Below are positions 58,701-64,000 of a stretch of 64,000 bases of DNA, one piece after another. Location: NCBI GenBank assembly GCA_002269645.1, contig NIVC01000421.1, positions 310,001 to 374,000 of the forward strand. Reading direction: 5' to 3'. The DNA comes from Macrostomum lignano. Lineage: Eukaryota. The notes below the pieces were generated by a model. That model ran no database searches and was not told where the DNA came from. It saw only the letters and a program-made list of their open reading frames with translations. The translations under genes and the position numbers were made by a program. Positions within the stretch are counted from its first letter, which is position 1; each line of letters starts with the position of its first letter.

Positions 58701-61700
58701 TTAGACTGAGAGAGAATGGGGAATTAGACTGACAGAGAATTGGGAATTAGACTGAGAGAGAATGGGGAATTAGACTGAGAGAGAGTGTGGGGAATTCGAC
58801 AGAGACAATGGAGAAATAGACTCAGAGAGAGAATGGGGAATGAGACTGAGAGAGAATGGGGAATTAGACTGAGAGAGAGAATGGGGAATGAGACTGAGAG
58901 AGAATGGGGAATTAGACTGAGAGAGAGAATGGGGAATGAGACTGAGAGAGAGAATGGGGAATGAGACTGAGAGAGAATGGGGAATTAGACTGAGAGAGAA
59001 TGGGGAATTAGACTGAGAGAGAATGGGTAATTAGACTGAGAGAGAGAGAATGGGAATTAGACTGAGAGAGAGTGAATGGGGAATTAGACTGACAGAGAAT
59101 GGGGAATTAGACTGAGAGAGAGAATGGGGAATTAGACTGAGAGAGAATGGGGAATTAGACTGACAGAGAATGGGAATTAGACTGAGAGAGAATGGGGAAT
59201 TAAGACTGAGAGAGAGTGTGGGGAATTCGACAGAGACAATGGAGAATTAGACTCAGAGAGAGAATGGGGAATGAGACTGAGAGAGAATGGGGAATTAGAC
59301 TGAGAGAGAATGGGGAATTAGACTGAGAGAGAGAGAATGGGGAATTAGACTGAGAGAGAGTAAATGGGGAATTAGACTGACAGAGAATGGGGAATTAGAC
59401 TGAGAGAGAATGGGGAATTAGACTGAGAGAGAGAATGGGGAATTAGACTGAGAGAGAGTAAATGGGGAATTAGACTGACAGAGAATGGGGAATTAGACTG
59501 AGAGAGAGTAAATGGGGAATTAGACTGACAGAGAATGGGGAATTAGACTGAGAGAGAGAATGGGGAATGAGACTGAGAGAGAATGGGGAATTAGACTGAG
59601 AGAGAATGGGGAATTAGACTGAGAGAGAGAGAATGGGGAATTAGACTGAGAGAGTGAATGGGGAATTAGACTGACAGAGAATGGGGAATTAGACTGAGAG
59701 AGAGAATGGGGAATTAGACTGAGAGAGAATGGGGAATTAGACTGACAGAGAAAGGGGAATTAGACTAAGAGAGAGAATGGGGAATAGACTGAGAGAGAAT
59801 GGGAATTAGACTGAGAGAGAATGGGGAATTAGACTGAGAGAGTGTGTGGGGAATTCGACAGAGACAATGGAGAAATTAGACTCAGAGAGAGAATGGGGAA
59901 TTAGACTGAGAGAGAATGGGGAATTAGACTGAGAGAGAGAATGGGGAATTAGACTGAGAGAGAATGGGGAATTAGACTGAGAGAGAATGGGGAATTAGAC
60001 TGAGAGAGAATGGGGAATTAGACTGAGAGAGAGAGAATGGGGAATTAGACTGAGAGAGAGTGAATGGGGAATTAGACTGACAGAGAATGGGGAATTAGAC
60101 TGAGAGAGAGAATGGGGAATTAGACTGAGAGAGAGAGAATGGGGAATTAGACTGAGAGAGAATGGGGAATAAGACTGAGAGAGAATGGGAATTAGACTGA
60201 GAGAGAATGGGGAATAGACTGAGAGAGAGTGGGGAATTCGACAGAGACAATGGAGAAATAGACTCAGAGAGAGAATGGGGAATTAGACTGAGAGAGAGAT
60301 GGGGAATTAGACTGAGAGAGAATGGGGAGAGAGAGAATAACACTGTGAGAGGGAATAAAGCAGAGAAAATGTCAGTCTCGCATTCCCTGAAATAATAATC
60401 AATAATCAATGTTTTCCAGGAAAGTGGCACGGCTGAGGAGACGGAGCAGAAGGCCTTCAGCTCGTCCGCGGCCATCATATTCTCCTGCCTGGGCACAGTG
60501 GTTGGCACGGGGAATATTTGGCGTTTCCCGCGAATTGCCGCCCAGAACAGCGCAACGCAGGGTGAGCCGAGGAGAGGCTGGAGAAAGGAAATATTAATAG
60601 CTAGTGGTTCATAAATTCATAAATATTCGCACATGGGATGCGGGCACCCTGATGCAGATCGCCTTCGGCGACATCATCCCGCAACTGAAACTGAGCACAC
60701 ACAAGCGCGCCAATACTGTACGCAGGCACAGCACTCGTACAACACGCTCACACAGGGTGTACAACGGCCTGACTTTCTAATCCTGCACACTCTTTGTGCC
60801 TTGAGGGTTGGCCCTCATGGCTGTGAATCACGCAGGGGGGGGGAATGATGGATGAAGAGAGGGAGACCTGAGAGAGTAGAAAGTAATGAGAAGAGAGAGG
60901 TGAGAGAGGAGAGAGGAGAGAGGAGAGATGGGAGAGGAGACATAAGAGATGAGAGATGAGAGAGGAGAGAGGAGAGAGGAGAGAGAAAAGGGAATGTGGA
61001 AAGAGAGGAGAGATAAGAGATGAGAGATGAGAGGGGAGAGAGGAGATATAAGAGAGGAGAGATGAGAGAGGAGAGATGAGAGAGGAGGGAGGACAGAGGA
61101 GAGGAGATAGAGGAGAGATGAGAGAGGAGAGATGAGAGAGGAGGGAGGAGAGAGGAGAGAGGAGAAATGAGAGAGAGGAGAGAGGAGAAAGGAGAGAGGA
61201 GAGATGAGAGAGGAGAGATGAGAGAGGAGGGAGGACAGAGGATAGATGAGAGAGGATAGAGGAGAGATGAGAGAGGAGGGAGGAGAAATGAGAGGAGAGA
61301 GGAGAGGGGAGAGAGGAGAGAGAAGAGATGAGAGAGCAGAGAGAAGAGAGGAGAGAGAAGATATGAGAGAGGAGAGAGCAGAGAGAAGAGAGCAGAGAGA
61401 AGAGAGGAGAGAGAATGATGTGCTTTAGCAAGTTAGCGCGTGTACCAGTTACCAGTTTATATATGCTAAATATTGCCTGAGCCGGCATCCAAACTCTCCC
61501 TGGCAGGCACCCTGATCTTCCTGGCAACTTGGATCATTTTCCTATTCCTGTGGTCTTCGCCCATGCTTCTCATTGAGTATGCAGTCGGCCGCTACTTCAA
61601 AAAATCGCCAATCCAATCCTTCCGCATCGCTATGGGCGACAAATTCTTGTGGTGCGGCTCCTGGGTTACCATGGTAACCTTTATGATTAGGTGAGAAAAA

Positions 61701-64000
61701 ATGGCATTTTTCTTAAAGTAAAAATATTCTAGTAACTTTGCAAATTTATCGCTCAAAAACCCATAGTTGCTACTACTCAGTAGTGCTGGGCTGGTGTCTG
61801 TACTATGTGTTCAAGTCTGTTCAATTGAGCGTCACAACTGGACTGCCGAGCAGCGAGCCGGAGAGTTTGGCTGTGTTCCAGGAGTTTGCCGTAAGTGACA
61901 TTGAGAGTGAGATTAGGGTTGAGATTAAAGTTGAGATTGAGGGTGAGATAAGAGCTGAGATATAGGTTTAGAATTGAGACGAGATTGAAGGTGAGATTGC
62001 TGGGGAGATTAGAGGTGAGATTGTGGGTGAGGTGAGATTGAAGTCGAGATTATAGGTGAGATTTTGGGTGGTGTTGAAGGTGAGATTAGAGATGAGATTA
62101 GAGGTGAGATTAAAGGTGAGATTGTGAGTCGTTTTGAGAGTGAGATTAAAGTTGAGATTAGAGGTGAGATTGTGAGTGAGGTTTAGGGTGATGTTGAGGG
62201 TGAGATTAGAGGTGAGATTGTGGGTGAAATTGAGGGTGAGATTCGATGTGAGATTCGATGTGAGATTAGAGGTAAGATTGTGGGTGAGATATACAGTGAG
62301 ATTTAGGGTGAATTCAAAGTTGTGCTTGGAGATAAGACTAGTGAAGCATAGATTTATTTTGCAAGTTAAAAAGTAAATGATTATTTAATGGTCTAGTGAA
62401 GGTCATAAACGTAGTTAAATGTTGGCCGAAAAAGTGAATCAATTAAAACAAAAATTCACCTACGAGTAATTATTAACAAAATGCTGAGCAGGAGAACAGC
62501 AGCTGGCCCATCCTGACCCACTTCCTGTCAATACTGTTTGCCGGCGCCTGCGTGATCGGCGGCATCACCTGGATTGAGAAGGCCAACATGGTGCTGGTGC
62601 CAACCCTGCTGTTGATCATTGTCTTCACCTACTGCTGGTCACTGCTTCGCGACTACAGCGACTATGGAATTCGGTTCCTGTTTACGCCTGATATTGGTGA
62701 GTACCTAATAAATTTATTTTTTAATTACCTACGGCTCTGCTCCATAGATGCTTCATAGAGGCCAAAGGCTACAGGCTACAGGATACAGACTACAGGCTAC
62801 AGACTACAGGCTACAGACTACAGACTACAGGCTACATACAGGCTACAGACTACAGGCTACAGACTACAGACTACAGGCTACAGACTACAGGCTACAGACT
62901 ACAGGCTACAGACTACAGGCTACCAGGCTACAGGCTACAGACTACAGGCTACAGACTACAGACTACAGGCTACATACAGACTACAGACTACCAGACTACA
63001 GGCTACAGACTACAGGCTACCAGGCTACAGGCTACAGACTACAGGCTACAGACTACAGGCTACAGACTACAGGCTACAGACTACAGGCTACATACAGGCT
63101 ACAGACTACAGGCACAGCTCTTTCTAATAATTAAGTGTCTGAACTCTCCAGACAATCCCAGTACATGCTTGTGCATATCAGCAGTAGAAGTTCAAAAGCT
63201 TTAGAATTCTAAATCTCACCACTCCATTCACAAGTTTCAACGAAGGCAGAACTTTTACTTTTTCATTTTCAGACGCGCTTAAAGACACCAGGCTGTGGGT
63301 GGACTCCGCATCGCAGAATGCCTTCGACACGGGTGCTGCGATGGGGCTGATTGTGCCATACGCCACCTATATGACTCGAAAGAATGGCGTTGTGCGCTTC
63401 TCCATGTTCATTCCTACTATGAACAACTTTGTCAGGTGGGACAGGCACTAAGACAGGCACTGAGACAGACACTAGGAAGGACACTGAGACAGGCACTGGG
63501 ACAGACAATGGGACAGGCACTGAGCCAGGCCCTCAGACAGGCACTGAGACAGGCACTGACGCAGACCCTGAGACAGATACTGAGACAGGCACTGAGACAG
63601 ACACTGAGACAGGCACTGAGACAGACACTGAGACAGACACTGAGACAGGCACTGAGACAGACACTGAGACAGGCACTGAGACAGACACTGAGACAGACAC
63701 TGAGACAGGCACTGAGACAGACACTGAGACAGACACTGAGACAGGCATTAAGACAGGCACTGAGACAGACACTGAGACAGACACTGAGACAGGCACTGAG
63801 ACAGACACTGAGACAGACACTGAGACAGGCATTAAGACAGGCACTGAGACAGGCATTAAGACAGGCATACAGACAGCCCTAATTTTACTTTCTGCAGCCT
63901 GCTCTGCGCCCTCACAATATTCTCAACGGTGTTCTCAACGCTGATCCAGACTCAGAGCACGCTGTCCCGCACTGGAATTGTGGAGATCATCAAACAGTCG
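46759..64000 (+). CDS. SLC6/NSS-family sodium-dependent transporter, prokaryote-like subtype, 3'-partial; exons 46759-46779 (tentative), 60420-60561, 61507-61690, 61767-61890, 62492-62696, 63273-63435, 63898->64000
   Basis: TM1 CLGTVVGTGNIWRFPRI; TM2 LFLWSSPMLLIEYAVGR; TM3 SCYYSVVLGWCLYY; GITWIEKANMVLVP; FLFTPD; TM6 SASQNAFDTGAAMG; TM7 NNFVSLLCALTIFS. GT-AG phases are consistent (0,1,2,0,1,2). Confidence 0.9.
46806..60335 (+). repeat. 13.5-kb G/A-rich satellite (GAATGGGGAATTAGACTGAGAGA, 21-29-bp monomers) with higher-order duplications
   Basis: Fills the putative SLC6 intron 1; marker variants recur at about 2.7 kb and 1.65 kb offsets. Confidence 0.97.
60420..60561 (+). CDS. SLC6 exon (TM1)
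   Basis: GTTTTCCAG acceptor; GTGNIWRFP motif; donor GTGAGC. Confidence 0.9.
60855..61415 (+). repeat. GA-rich low-complexity repeat (GAGAGGAGAGAT-like), SLC6 intron
   Basis: Seen in sequence. Confidence 0.9.
61507..61690 (+). CDS. SLC6 exon (TM2)
   Basis: TLIFLATWIIFLFLWSSPMLLIEYAVGR; donor AG|GTGAGA. Confidence 0.9.
61767..61890 (+). CDS. SLC6 exon (TM3)
   Basis: CYYSVVLGWCLYY; donor GTAAGT. Confidence 0.9.
61900..62330 (+). repeat. Degenerate 12-bp repeat (GAGATTAGAGGT-like), SLC6 intron
   Basis: Seen in sequence. Confidence 0.8.
62492..62696 (+). CDS. SLC6 exon (TM4-5)
   Basis: ENSSWPILTHF...GITWIEKANMVLVP...FLFTPDI; donor GTGAGT. Confidence 0.88.
62765..63115 (+). repeat. 7-bp repeat (CTACAGG/CTACAGA), SLC6 intron
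   Basis: Seen in sequence. Confidence 0.93.
63273..63435 (+). CDS. SLC6 exon (TM6-7)
   Basis: TTTTCAG acceptor; LWVDSASQNAFDTGAAMG...MNNFV; donor AG|GTGGGA. Confidence 0.88.
63436..63878 (+). repeat. 12-bp minisatellite (GAGACAGGCACT/GAGACAGACACT), SLC6 intron; same unit as TAL intron 1
   Basis: Seen in sequence. Confidence 0.94.
63898..64000 (+). CDS. SLC6 exon (TM7-EL4), runs off window
   Basis: TTTCTGCAG acceptor; LLCALTIFSTVFSTLIQ. Confidence 0.85.

Overview
Eukaryotic genomic DNA, with no prokaryotic operon, rRNA, tRNA or CRISPR features. It is probably from a flatworm: a TAL-family EF-hand/dynein-light-chain gene implies Platyhelminthes, and GC-rich exons in minisatellite-filled introns are reminiscent of Macrostomum (inference only). 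Five spliced genes were reconstructed by hand from GT-AG junctions and frame continuity. They are a SEPT2-group septin (+, 5' end outside the window), phosphoserine aminotransferase PSAT1 (+, 5 exons, 389 aa), a tetraspanin (+), a tegumental-allergen-like EF-hand+DLC gene (-, 4 exons, with an unresolved stop/frameshift at the exon 2-3 junction), and an atypical prokaryote-like SLC6/NSS transporter (+, running off the 3' end). Mobile DNA includes a young, apparently intact Ty3/gypsy LTR retrotransposon (23193-31803, -) with a 4-bp TSD, a tRNA-Gln PBS and a PPT. Its single 1989-aa Gag-Pol carries an unexpected cold-shock (CSDE1/UNR-like) domain between the zinc knuckle and the protease. There is also a non-autonomous hAT element (33488-34738, 8-bp TSD) with a nested 400-bp palindrome, a 154-bp palindrome in PSAT1 intron 1, and a minimal Penelope-type hammerhead ribozyme motif (43432-43470). 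Roughly 55-60% of the window is tandem repeat. 16 of 18 introns carry an array, and at least one array is visibly an amplification of the exon-intron junction itself. All very long repetitive ORFs in the track are repeat artefacts. Repeat boundaries are approximate.
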